Positions 16,751-25,738 of a stretch of 64,000 nt of DNA are shown piece by piece. The notes under the pieces were generated by a model. It made no database searches, was not told the DNA's origin, and worked only from the letters and a program-made list of their open reading frames with translations. Location of the stretch: positions 5,484-69,483 of IMG/VR virus record IMGVR_UViG_3300010348_002226. The stretch is one strand, 5' to 3'. Position 1 is the first letter of the stretch. Each line of letters starts with the position of its first letter. This stretch comes from a virus (taxonomy: Duplodnaviria; Caudoviricetes). The translations under genes and the position numbers were made by a program.

Positions 16751-19675
16751 ATGAGCCACAGCGTCTTCGGCCCGCCACTCGCCGAATGCGCGATCTGCTC
16801 GCTCCGTGAAGGATGCGAGCAGCGCAAGTTCGTCACGTCACACGTCGGCAAGAACTACCGCCCCGGCGGGCTCATGCTCGTCAGCGAGTTCCCGGCGAAG
16901 ATCGACGTGCAGCAGGGGCGCCCGCTCACCGGGCGCGTCGGCCAGCTTCTCGACGCCCTGCTCGAATCGGCCGGCATCGACCCGGAGTCGACGTGGAAGA
17001 CGTCCGTGCTCCTCGGGATGCCGAAGAGCACGAAGCCGAAGGACCTGAAGGAGCACCGGACCGACATCTACGCGTGCCTGCCGCGGCTCGACGCGGAGAT
17101 CACGACCGCGCAGCCCCGCGTCATCGTCGCGCTCGGCCAGCTCGCGCTCGAAGCCTTCACCGGCCACGCCGAGACGAAGCCGCGCCTCCTCGACAACCCC
17201 TGCGACCGCTGCAACCCCGAGACGCGGAAGATCGGGCCGGTCATCCAGTGCTTCAACGGGGCCTGCAAGCACACCGTCGACGTGCCGAAGTTCACGCGCG
17301 TCGACGAAGTGACCGGCGAGGTTGGCGTCGACAAGGCGGCGCTCGACGCATGGCGCGACGACTTCCTCGCCCGCAACCCGAACTGCCTCATGTGCGACAC
17401 GTCGTGGAAGCGCGCGAAGCCGAAGATGCTCGCGTGCCCCGAGTGCGGCGGGAAGAAGAAGCGCGTCGGTGAAGAGACGCTCTTCCGCGTCGACCGCGTG
17501 CTCACGGGTCGCGAAGGCGTCGTCGGCGCCGTCTTCCACGCGGCCGACCTGCCCGGCAACCTGACCGAGCTGGGCGTGAAGTACATGATCCCGACCTACA
17601 GCCCCGGCCTGCTCATCCTCCCGACGCGTGACGGCGCGAAGGCGGGGAAGTTCCTCGTCGGCGGGCAGTTTGCTGCGCGCGCGGCTGTCGACCACCTGAA
17701 GAAGGCCCACCAGCTCCTCACGCGTGAGGCGCGCTTCCACGTCGACGTGCTCTCGACGGCGAACGTCTCGGACCGCACCGCCGCGCAGATGCTCGTCGAC
17801 TACACGCGCGAGCCCGGCGACTTCACGGTCGACATCGAGACCAACTCGAAGAAGGGCCCGTGGGGCGTCACGCGCATCGTGTGCATCGGCATCCACCGCA
17901 TCGGACGCGAGGATGGGCTCGTCGTCGACACGCGGAGGATCGGCGACAAGTGGTACCCCGGCAACCCGGTCTACGACGCGCTCATGGCCTTCCTCGAATC
18001 GAAGGCGCACGGGAAGGTCTTCCACAACGGGCCCTACGATCTCGTCGTGATGCTGCGGATGTGGGGCGTCGAGGTCGAGGGCGTGATCGGCGATACGCTT
18101 GCCGCGCACAACGCCTGTTACCCGGACGAGGAGCACGGCCTCGGCTTCTGCGCGCACGAGCTGACCGATGCGCCCGCGTGGAAGGGCGGCGAGGCGAAGA
18201 CGGAGTCGGAGTGGGAGGCCCAGGCCGAGCTGAGCGGCTACCGCACCTTCGACGACCTCGCGCTCTACAACGCGCGCGACCTCGTCGCCACCGCCGGCGT
18301 GTGGACCGCGCTCGCCGGCCACGGCACAGCCCCCGGGCGTCTCGACGTCGAGGGTGTGCGCTCGGCGTTCCACGTCGACATGCAGATGTACCCGATCGGC
18401 ATCGAGATGGAGGTCGCCGGCCTTCCGCTGAGCCAGGATGCGCTCGACAAGGTCGATCGCGAGCAGAGCGCAGAGCTGGCGACGCTCCTCGCGCAGATGC
18501 GCGAGCAGATTGGGGAGCCCGACTTCATCCCCACGCCGAAGTCGCTCGTGTGGGCGCTGCACGCGGAAGACGGCCCGCTGCGCCTGCCGGTCTACGCGAC
18601 GACCGACAAGACGCAGCAGCCGAAGCTCGACCAGGAGACGCTGAAGCTCTACCGCAAGGAGCCCTTCGTCGACACGCTGCTGAAGTACAAGAAGATCGAG
18701 TACAACCTCTCGCACTTCGTCCGCTCCGAGGAGCTGCGCACGGCGTCCGACGGGCGGCTGCACCCGGTCTGGAAGGTGTGGGGCGCGAAGACGGGGCGCT
18801 GGACCTCGAATCCGAACGTGCAGAACTGGCCGGGCTGGATGCGGGCCGTCTTCGTCGCTCCGGAGGGCCGGACGTTCGTGGGTGCGGACCAGTCGCAGTT
18901 GGAGTTCCGCATCATGGCTTCCTTGTCGGGCGACGAGAACCTGATTCATCGGTGTTCCACGGCTGACGAGAGCGACAAGCTGAACCCTGAGTGCGACCCG
19001 CACAGCTACGTGGCCTCGCTCGTCTTCGGTGCGAGCTTCACGATGCTCGACCGGAAGGACCCCGCGCACAAGAAGACCGCGCCGGGCGAGCCGCCGTGCA
19101 AGTGCCAGAAGTGCCAGCGCGCGACGCTCCGCGACATCGTCAAGCGCGTCGTCTACGGCCTGAACTACGGCGCGGGCGCGCAGACCGTGCTCGACGCGAT
19201 CTACAACGGCGGCTACGACGGTGCCCCGCTCACGGTCGCGTTCATCGAGCGCGTGACCGGGATCTACTTTCGCACGTTCCCGAAGGTGCCGCTCTGGCGC
19301 AACGAGATCGTGCGCGTGGCGGAGGAGACGCGGGAGATCCGGAGCCCGCTCTACAAGCGCCACCGCATCTTCCCGCTCGGCGGCATGGAGCCGTCGGTGC
19401 TCTACAACTACCCGATCCAGTCGGGCGGCGCCGACATCATGGCGCACGGGCTCATGCGGCTGCGCCCGCGGCTCCGGCAGGTCGACCCGACGGCGATGTT
19501 CATCGCGCAGATCCACGACGCCATCTACATCGAGTGCGACGAGAAGCGCGCGCAGGACGTGGCCGAAGTGGTCACGCAGTCGATGAGCTTCGAGATGTCG
19601 CTCGCGCCCGGTGCGCCCCCGATGCCCTACGTCGCGTCGGCTGCGATCGGCCCGAACCTCGCGGCGGTGAAGTGA
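16751..19675 (+). CDS. Family A DNA polymerase with an N-terminal family-4 UDG-like domain and 3'-5' exonuclease
   Basis: PRVIVALG; VDIET, FHNGPYD, YNARD; DQSQLEFR, KRVVYGLNYG, QIHDA. Confidence 0.92.
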   Translation: MSHSVFGPPLAECAICSLREGCEQRKFVTSHVGKNYRPGGLMLVSEFPAKIDVQQGRPLTGRVGQLLDALLESAGIDPESTWKTSVLLGMPKSTKPKDLKEHRTDIYACLPRLDAEITTAQPRVIVALGQLALEAFTGHAETKPRLLDNPCDRCNPETRKIGPVIQCFNGACKHTVDVPKFTRVDEVTGEVGVDKAALDAWRDDFLARNPNCLMCDTSWKRAKPKMLACPECGGKKKRVGEETLFRVDRVLTGREGVVGAVFHAADLPGNLTELGVKYMIPTYSPGLLILPTRDGAKAGKFLVGGQFAARAAVDHLKKAHQLLTREARFHVDVLSTANVSDRTAAQMLVDYTREPGDFTVDIETNSKKGPWGVTRIVCIGIHRIGREDGLVVDTRRIGDKWYPGNPVYDALMAFLESKAHGKVFHNGPYDLVVMLRMWGVEVEGVIGDTLAAHNACYPDEEHGLGFCAHELTDAPAWKGGEAKTESEWEAQAELSGYRTFDDLALYNARDLVATAGVWTALAGHGTAPGRLDVEGVRSAFHVDMQMYPIGIEMEVAGLPLSQDALDKVDREQSAELATLLAQMREQIGEPDFIPTPKSLVWALHAEDGPLRLPVYATTDKTQQPKLDQETLKLYRKEPFVDTLLKYKKIEYNLSHFVRSEELRTASDGRLHPVWKVWGAKTGRWTSNPNVQNWPGWMRAVFVAPEGRTFVGADQSQLEFRIMASLSGDENLIHRCSTADESDKLNPECDPHSYVASLVFGASFTMLDRKDPAHKKTAPGEPPCKCQKCQRATLRDIVKRVVYGLNYGAGAQTVLDAIYNGGYDGAPLTVAFIERVTGIYFRTFPKVPLWRNEIVRVAEETREIRSPLYKRHRIFPLGGMEPSVLYNYPIQSGGADIMAHGLMRLRPRLRQVDPTAMFIAQIHDAIYIECDEKRAQDVAEVVTQSMSFEMSLAPGAPPMPYVASAAIGPNLAAVK

Positions 19676-19699
19676 TCTTGGCTCACCCTTGCGCTCCGC

Positions 19700-20293
19700 T
19701 TGCGCTTCATGTACGTCCTCGCGATGCAGACCAACACGAATCGAAAGCGCGCACGCGTCGCCGGGTTTCTCCTCGCGGTCGCCTGCGCAGTGATCGCAGC
19801 GTTCGGAGCATGCGAAGCGCACGCGACGGTACCTGAAGCACCGTGGACACCCGATGAGGTGCTCCTCGCGCGGCTCGTCGTGCACGAGGCGGGCTTCCGC
19901 CGCGGCGTCGGCGACGTCGTCGGCATCGCGCACGTGACGCGTGCGAAGGCGCGACTGAACCGGATGTCCATCGCCGACTACGTCGCGATGGCGCATCCGC
20001 GCGCGACGTTCGGCCGCACGAACCGCGCGTGGGTCGCCGGTCTCGACGCGTCGTTCCTGCGTCCGGTGGACTGGCCCGAGGAGCGCGTGTCCTGGGAGGC
20101 GCGCGGGCGCCACGACTGGCTCCGCCGGCTGCGCGAGGTTCGGGAGGCGCTCGCGGTCGCGGAGAACCTCTGTCCGGCCTATACCTGGGGCGCGCGCCGC
20201 GGAATCGAGGCGCGGCTCGCCCGAATGCAGGCGGCCGGGTGGACGGTGCGCGACTGCGGGCCGACCCTGAACGTCTTTCTGAACGCGCCGTAG
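19700..20293 (+). CDS. SleB/Hydrolase_2-like cell-wall hydrolase with an N-terminal signal
   Basis: LLARLVVHEAG; next to a holin-like gene. Confidence 0.55.
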   Translation: MRFMYVLAMQTNTNRKRARVAGFLLAVACAVIAAFGACEAHATVPEAPWTPDEVLLARLVVHEAGFRRGVGDVVGIAHVTRAKARLNRMSIADYVAMAHPRATFGRTNRAWVAGLDASFLRPVDWPEERVSWEARGRHDWLRRLREVREALAVAENLCPAYTWGARRGIEARLARMQAAGWTVRDCGPTLNVFLNAP

Positions 20294-20361
20294 CACGGAG
20301 CGCAAGAGTCGGACATCCTACCTAGGCCCCGGTGTCGGGGCCCTTTTCGTTGGAGCCCACC

Positions 20362-20754
20362 ATGCAGCCCCTCCCCGTGGACATCGCAACCGCCGACTGG
20401 CGGATCCAGCTTCTCGGCGCCCTCGTCACCGCGCTCACCGGCGTGCTCACCGTCGGCATCCCCCTGCTCGTGCGGCTCGGGCTGCGCTACCTGGAGCAGC
20501 GCCTCCACATCGAGACGACGGCGGCCGACGAGGAGCGGCTCATCCGCGCCGCCCAGCAGGGCGTCGACTTCGCGGAAGAGCAGGCCCGCAAGCGGCTGAA
20601 GGTGGGCGGGAGCCCGCTCTCCTCGCAGGACAAGCTCGACCTCGCCGCCGGCCACGTGCAGGACGTGCTCGCGCGCCACGGCGTGGACCGAATGACGCAG
20701 GCCGAGATCGAGCGGGTGGTCGAGTCGGTGCTCGCGAGGCGTCGAGGGGTCTGA
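20362..20754 (+). CDS. Holin-like membrane protein (LL-H-like)
   Basis: Single TM, then AAQQGVDFAEEQ...DKL. Confidence 0.6.
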   Translation: MQPLPVDIATADWRIQLLGALVTALTGVLTVGIPLLVRLGLRYLEQRLHIETTAADEERLIRAAQQGVDFAEEQARKRLKVGGSPLSSQDKLDLAAGHVQDVLARHGVDRMTQAEIERVVESVLARRRGV

Positions 20755-20905
20755 AAAGCGAAAGGCGGGGGACTTTCGTCCCTCGCCCCCGCAGGTCCAA
20801 TGCCTCATTTCTGAAGGCGCTGTCCGTCGCGTCTTCATCCTACCCCCAGCGGCCGCAGGCCGCCAGCGCTTTCTGTCACACGCCTAGTGTGATACGGTGC
20901 CCGCC

Positions 20906-21307
20906 ATGGCAGCCAAGACGTCGATCTCCCACGTGCGGTGGGATCCTCGGACCCTCGACCGCATCGACGCCTTCGCCACCGAGCGCAAGCTGACCCGATC
21001 CGCCGCGGTCCGCGTGCTCGTCGGCACCGCCCTCGGGGACCCGCCGACCATGGTCGCCGCCCGGGAGGCCGCGATGCTCTTCTCGACCGAACGCAAGTCG
21101 CTCATGGCCGCCTTCGCCGAGGCGTTCCAGGGCGCCGTGACCTCCGCCGTCGCCCAGGTCTTCGGGGCCGGCATGACGCAGCCCCCCGACCTCTCCGAGT
21201 ACCGGGAAGGCGGCACCGACGGGCTCGGCGACCTCGACGAGGACGACGAGGACGACGAGGGCCCCCCCACGCGCCCGGTCCGGGGCTTCTCGCGGGGGCG
21301 CCGCTGA
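20906..21307 (+). CDS. Ribbon-helix-helix DNA-binding protein
   Basis: SHVRW...LDRIDAFA...LTRSAAVRVL. Confidence 0.65.
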   Translation: MAAKTSISHVRWDPRTLDRIDAFATERKLTRSAAVRVLVGTALGDPPTMVAAREAAMLFSTERKSLMAAFAEAFQGAVTSAVAQVFGAGMTQPPDLSEYREGGTDGLGDLDEDDEDDEGPPTRPVRGFSRGRR

Positions 21308-21894
21308 TGGCCGGCCTCTTGCTCACCCGCCTCTTCCGGGCGGACTGCAAGGACATCCCGCCAGCGGAGTCGAAACGGCTCCTCGCCGAGAACGAGGACA
21401 TCGTCCGATCGGTCACGCATCGTCTCCGGCCGAACCGGGCCTGGTACGCCGCCGGGCTCGACATGGAAGACCTCTACGTGATCGGGCGCATGGCCGTCTT
21501 GGAGGCGTACCTGAAGTACGACCCGAACTCGGGAGCCTCCATGCGGACGTGGATGGCGCAGGTCGTGCGCTGGCGGGTCCACTACGCGATCGCCGAGGCC
21601 GAGAAGACCCGCTCCGTCGAGGACTGCACCCCCGTCCCGGTCGCCAACGTCGACGAGACCTTCGAGGAGGTCATCGTCTGCCGGGCGCAGCTCGCTCGCG
21701 TCGCCGAGGTCTACGGACGACTCGCCCCCCGCGAGCAGCACATCCTGACCCAGCAGCTCGCCGAGGTCCCCCACCACGAGCTGGCCGCCGCCCTCGGCAT
21801 CAGCAAGCGTCGGAGCGAGAAAGTGTTATCCAGCACACGAGAACACCTCCGCGACCAGCTCTTCGACGAGGTTCTGGGTGCGGGGGAGACCTGA
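21307..21894 (+). CDS. Phage-encoded sigma70-family factor (SigB/SigF/FliA-like)
   Basis: EDLYVIGRMAVLEAYLKYDPNSG (region 2); LAPREQHIL...ELAAALGIS (region 4). Confidence 0.8.
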   Translation: MAGLLLTRLFRADCKDIPPAESKRLLAENEDIVRSVTHRLRPNRAWYAAGLDMEDLYVIGRMAVLEAYLKYDPNSGASMRTWMAQVVRWRVHYAIAEAEKTRSVEDCTPVPVANVDETFEEVIVCRAQLARVAEVYGRLAPREQHILTQQLAEVPHHELAAALGISKRRSEKVLSSTREHLRDQLFDEVLGAGET

Positions 21895-21896
21895 TT

Positions 21897-21914
21897 CCGG
21901 GGTACATCAGGGGT
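21897..21914 (+). promoter_or_regulatory. Putative phage late promoter CGGGGTAY
   Basis: Near-identical 24-mer at 1926-1948 (minus); related sites at 974-992 and 63547-63565 (minus). Confidence 0.6.
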
Positions 21915-22169
21915 ATGGCACTCGATCGGTCGGCACTCATCGCCGGAGCAGCGGGCGGGATCCTCACCGGGACCGTCGCATGGTTCATCCTGCGTCCCGT
22001 CGTGAACAAGCAGATGGAGGACCAGCTCCGCGAGCAGCTTCGGCAGCAGATCCCGGCCCAGCTCAACGCGACGCTCGACACGAAGCTCCGGCAGTACGGC
22101 TTCACGCCGGAGACCGGGCGGCAGGTCGCACGCCTGCTCGAACTCGCCGACCGGTCGGGGCTCATCTGA
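21915..22169 (+). CDS. Small membrane protein
   Basis: N-terminal TM; follows the motif directly. Confidence 0.7.
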   Translation: MALDRSALIAGAAGGILTGTVAWFILRPVVNKQMEDQLREQLRQQIPAQLNATLDTKLRQYGFTPETGRQVARLLELADRSGLI

Positions 22170-22170
22170 C

Positions 22171-22452
22171 ATGTCGCCCAGGGGACAGGCCTTCGCCGCA
22201 GGCGCGCTCATCGGGGGCGCGACCTTCCTCGCGTGGTTCTACCTCTTCGTGAAGTCGAAGAGCAGGGACTTCGAGCGCATCGGGCAGGACAGCGCGCCGG
22301 CGATCGCCGAGCAGGCGGTCAAGGACTACATCGCCACCAAGTTCGGTGCGACGCCCGAGCGCATGCGCGCCGGGATGCAGCGCATTCAGCAGGTGACGGC
22401 CATCGTGTCGATGCTTCAAGCGCCGGCGTCGTCGGCGACGACTCGGAGGTGA
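22171..22452 (+). CDS. Small membrane protein
   Basis: N-terminal TM. Confidence 0.7.
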   Translation: MSPRGQAFAAGALIGGATFLAWFYLFVKSKSRDFERIGQDSAPAIAEQAVKDYIATKFGATPERMRAGMQRIQQVTAIVSMLQAPASSATTRR

Positions 22453-22455
22453 CCG

Positions 22456-22797
22456 ATGGACATGCCGCCGAACGGACAGCTCTACGGGCTCAACGGTGCG
22501 GTCCACTGGCCCACGTTCTTCGCGCGTACGGCTCTGCGGGGGATCATCCTCTGGCCGATCGTGCGCTTCTTCGGAGGCGTCGGCGGCGTGCGTGGCGTGC
22601 TCACCGCGGCCGCGGGGGGCGCGGCCTACACGACCGTCGAGCTGGCGTTCGACACGACGCAGCTCCTCGCCTTCGCGGCCCAGCAGGGAGGCGTGGGGGC
22701 GCTTCCGCAGCAGCCCACCTTCGACTTCCAGCAGCAGACCCCCGCCGCGAGCTATCCGCAGGGTGTGGGGTCCGTGATCGACGTTCCCTACTCGTGA
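22456..22797 (+). CDS. Membrane protein
   Basis: Hydrophobic; LYGLNG near the N-terminus. Confidence 0.7.
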   Translation: MDMPPNGQLYGLNGAVHWPTFFARTALRGIILWPIVRFFGGVGGVRGVLTAAAGGAAYTTVELAFDTTQLLAFAAQQGGVGALPQQPTFDFQQQTPAASYPQGVGSVIDVPYS

Positions 22798-22804
22798 GGT
22801 TCGC

Positions 22805-23206
22805 ATGCGACTTCTGCCCACCCTCGTCGCCCTCTTCGCCGGGCTCGTCCTGCTCGGCTGCACACCCTCGGTCCTCGAAACGCACATCCGGAGCGCGAAC
22901 GACGTCCGGGAGTGGAACACGGAGGCGGTAGGGCAACTGCATGCCCGTTGCCCCGAGTCCGACGCCTCCGAAGGCTGCGCGCTCATCCGGACCGTGCAGC
23001 ACGGCTTCGTCGATGCCCACACGCAGTGGGTCCACGAACTTGACGCGGACCGTGACGCGGGCCGCTGGGACGACCCCCAAGACGGCGGAGTCGTCCGGCT
23101 CGTGCTCCTCGCCTACAACCAGCTCCGCGTCGAGGCCGAGGACCGCCTCGGGGTCGTTCTGTCGGCCCTGCCCGAGAGCTTCCGAAGGATCGCAGGGGTC
23201 CCGTGA
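22805..23206 (+). CDS. Lipoprotein (possible outer-membrane lysis component)
   Basis: Lipobox LVLLGC. Confidence 0.65.
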   Translation: MRLLPTLVALFAGLVLLGCTPSVLETHIRSANDVREWNTEAVGQLHARCPESDASEGCALIRTVQHGFVDAHTQWVHELDADRDAGRWDDPQDGGVVRLVLLAYNQLRVEAEDRLGVVLSALPESFRRIAGVP

Positions 23207-23640
23207 TGGCTGGCGGCCCCAGTGACCCGACGACGTTGAAGGACGTCGTGCTCGGCGCCGTGGCGGCGCTCGGAACGATCGGGACGGCCGTTTTCGGCTT
23301 CCGCTCGGCGTCGCTGAAGCGGAAGACCGATGCGGAGGAGACGCTGCTCGACGCCTACCAGGCTGAGCGAGAAGCGCTGCTCGCCGAACGCGAGAAGCAC
23401 TACGAGACGCAGGACGACCTCTTCGATTGCCGCGAGGCGATCCAGAAGGAGAAGGCGGAGCGCCTGCACGCCGAAGCGCACTACCAGCGCGAGATCAATC
23501 GGCTGGAGACCACGATCTCGATCGAGCGCGGGCACTTCGAGAACACGAAGCGCGAGATGCACGCGCAGGTTCGCGCGCTGATGGACGAGATGAACGAGCT
23601 ACGCGCCGCGATCCACGCGGGCAACCACGGAGGACGCTGA
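23206..23640 (+). CDS. TM plus coiled-coil protein (spanin- or holin-like)
   Basis: N-terminal TM, long heptad region. Confidence 0.65.
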   Translation: MAGGPSDPTTLKDVVLGAVAALGTIGTAVFGFRSASLKRKTDAEETLLDAYQAEREALLAEREKHYETQDDLFDCREAIQKEKAERLHAEAHYQREINRLETTISIERGHFENTKREMHAQVRALMDEMNELRAAIHAGNHGGR

Positions 23641-23867
23641 TGCACAGGAAGATCGATCTCCACGAGGCTCCGGCGTTCATCGAGCGCGAGTTCCTGCACG
23701 TGCTCGACACGCGGATCGCGCCGAACCTCTCGGGCCCGGCGGCCGTCATCGTCCCGATCGTGAAGAAGGGGCTGCAGCTCCTTCGGCAGATCATCGAGAA
23801 GCGCGGTCACAAGGACGCCGAGCAGATGCTCGACATGCTGCTTGCGAGCCCGGCGGAGAAGCTCTGA
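23640..23867 (+). CDS. Hypothetical protein
   Basis: Overlapping start/stop codons. Confidence 0.65.
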   Translation: MHRKIDLHEAPAFIEREFLHVLDTRIAPNLSGPAAVIVPIVKKGLQLLRQIIEKRGHKDAEQMLDMLLASPAEKL

Positions 23868-24556
23868 TGCCCCGCCGGATCTGCGCGTTCTACGCGCACG
23901 TCGATAAGCCCGGCTCGAAGGACGCTACGGGCGCCTTCGTGCCGCAGGCGCTCCGGTTCGCCAAGCGTCGGCGGCAGGCAGGCGACCTCGTCGCGCTCTT
24001 CCCCTTCGAGAACGCTGACCCGTCGATGGCGCGGCGCCGGCAGTCGATCACCGACGGGATCCGAAACGCCGCGCAGAAGGACGGCCCGTTCGACGCCTTC
24101 GTCTACTTCGGGCACGGCCTGCGGCGCTCGCTTCCGTCCGGCGGCTTCGATCTCATCACGCTGCCCGACCTCGCGAAGGCGATGATCGCGTCGGCCTCGT
24201 CGGCGAAGAACCTCGTCATCACGCTTTTCGCGTGCTCGACGGGCGAGGCGCCCGGCAAGGGGCTCGACGGTGACGGCGGGCTCGCGGACATCCTCCGCGA
24301 CATGCTCTCGGAGCGCGGCTACACCGGCTGGGTCGATGCCCACACGAACGCGGCGCACACGACCGAGAACCCCTACGCGCGTCGCTTCGTGCTGGACGGC
24401 AAGGGAGCCGCGGTCGGCGGGCAGTGGATCGTCGAGCCGCGCAGCGAGTTGTGGCCGGAGTGGAAGCGTCGGCTCGACGACGACGAGGTCTTCCGCTTCG
24501 CGTTTCCGTACATGAGCGTCGACGAGATCCGTAAGGCGCTCGCGAAGAAGGGATGA
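23867..24556 (+). CDS. Putative caspase/hemoglobinase-fold (C80/DUF4347-like) cysteine peptidase
   Basis: VYFGHG and LFACSTG give a His-Cys dyad pattern. Confidence 0.55.
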   Translation: MPRRICAFYAHVDKPGSKDATGAFVPQALRFAKRRRQAGDLVALFPFENADPSMARRRQSITDGIRNAAQKDGPFDAFVYFGHGLRRSLPSGGFDLITLPDLAKAMIASASSAKNLVITLFACSTGEAPGKGLDGDGGLADILRDMLSERGYTGWVDAHTNAAHTTENPYARRFVLDGKGAAVGGQWIVEPRSELWPEWKRRLDDDEVFRFAFPYMSVDEIRKALAKKG

Positions 24557-24560
24557 AGCG

Positions 24561-24935
24561 ATGTCGTTGATCCAGTACCCGCAATCGGAAGGTCCGCTCT
24601 ACCGCACGGGGAACGTCGGTCCGGATCGTCGCGCCGCCAACGAGCGTCAGCTCATGTTGGTGCGCACGTGGCAGTCGAACAAGCAGATCACGCCACGCCT
24701 CGTGTGGGGTACGCAGCTCCTCGCGATGGAGCAGACGCTCAACTACTCCGGACGGGTCTTGGAGGCGCTGGCGGTCGACGCGCCGGTCACCGACGAAGCG
24801 TACAACGCTCTCAATCTCGCGAACCACCTGGACCGCGAGTTCTGGGCTGCACGTCGCCGCAACATGGTGTTGATCGGTCTCGGGCTCTTCGGTCTTCTCG
24901 GCTACGGCGCCTACAGCCTCGTGCGAAGGAAGTGA
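24561..24935 (+). CDS. Tail-anchored membrane protein
   Basis: C-terminal TM plus RRK. Confidence 0.7.
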   Translation: MSLIQYPQSEGPLYRTGNVGPDRRAANERQLMLVRTWQSNKQITPRLVWGTQLLAMEQTLNYSGRVLEALAVDAPVTDEAYNALNLANHLDREFWAARRRNMVLIGLGLFGLLGYGAYSLVRRK

Positions 24936-24939
24936 ATCC

Positions 24940-25380
24940 ATGACGAACGTGCTATACGGGTTCGGGGCCGCCGTTGCGACGGCACAGCGCGCGTACACGC
25001 CGCCACCGGCGCGGGAGCAATTCTTCGGGGCGACGGCGCTGCAGTGGGCCAACGCCAATCTTCGTCCGCTCGCGATGGCGCCAGTGGGTTCGCCGGAGTT
25101 GCGCGCGTACCAGGAGTTCCGCGCTACGCTCATGCGGTACAGCAACGTCGCTACGCCCGGATCTGCGACGAGCGTGCGTGAAAGCGTAGACACCGCCCTC
25201 GCAGGGGAGGCGCGCGGGCCACTTGCGGAACCGGAGTGGAACGTCTTCATCGCGGCGCTCGCACCGGTGCAGAACGTGATGCTGGGTTCCCGTATCGGCG
25301 GGCTGCCGCCCTACATCCTCTACGGCGTGCCGGCACTCCTCGGCGGCCTGCTCCTCTTCTTCATCCTGCGAAGGAAGTGA
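24940..25380 (+). CDS. Tail-anchored membrane protein
   Basis: N-terminal LYGFG; C-terminal TM plus RRK. Confidence 0.7.
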   Translation: MTNVLYGFGAAVATAQRAYTPPPAREQFFGATALQWANANLRPLAMAPVGSPELRAYQEFRATLMRYSNVATPGSATSVRESVDTALAGEARGPLAEPEWNVFIAALAPVQNVMLGSRIGGLPPYILYGVPALLGGLLLFFILRRK

Positions 25381-25383
25381 ACC

Positions 25384-25575
25384 ATGCGCGTGACGACTCT
25401 CGGTGATCTCGGCGCCGTAGCGCCGATCGTGTCGAGCCAGGGCAGCCTCGTCGGACTCGGCGAGGTGACCGACGACTCCATGATGACGACGAAGCACGTC
25501 GGCATCTTCGCGGCCGGCGTGCTCGTGGGCGCGCTCGGCACCTACCTCTTCGGTCGTCGGCGGAAGCGCCGGTGA
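25384..25575 (+). CDS. Small tail-anchored membrane protein
   Basis: LVGLGE; TM plus RRRKRR. Confidence 0.7.
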   Translation: MRVTTLGDLGAVAPIVSSQGSLVGLGEVTDDSMMTTKHVGIFAAGVLVGALGTYLFGRRRKRR

Positions 25576-25738
25576 TCTTGACGACCTCCCAGCACACGCC
25601 GTAGGCTCTGGGTCTCGAACCTCTTCTGCGGGGGCCTGCGGCCCCCTGGACGAGGGGATGGAACACCAGGGCCGCAAGGCAGGCGCGGGGCGGGAGGTCG
25701 GAAGACCCCTCGCCTTTCGTCTTTCCAGGAGCCCTTCG

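Noticed and set aside
16838-20305. 1155-aa minus-strand ORF (also 9530..11626, 60977..63049, 58567..60672, 53739..55160)
   Set aside because: Shadow frames opposite well-supported genes; R/A/G-rich with no motifs, as expected from high GC3.
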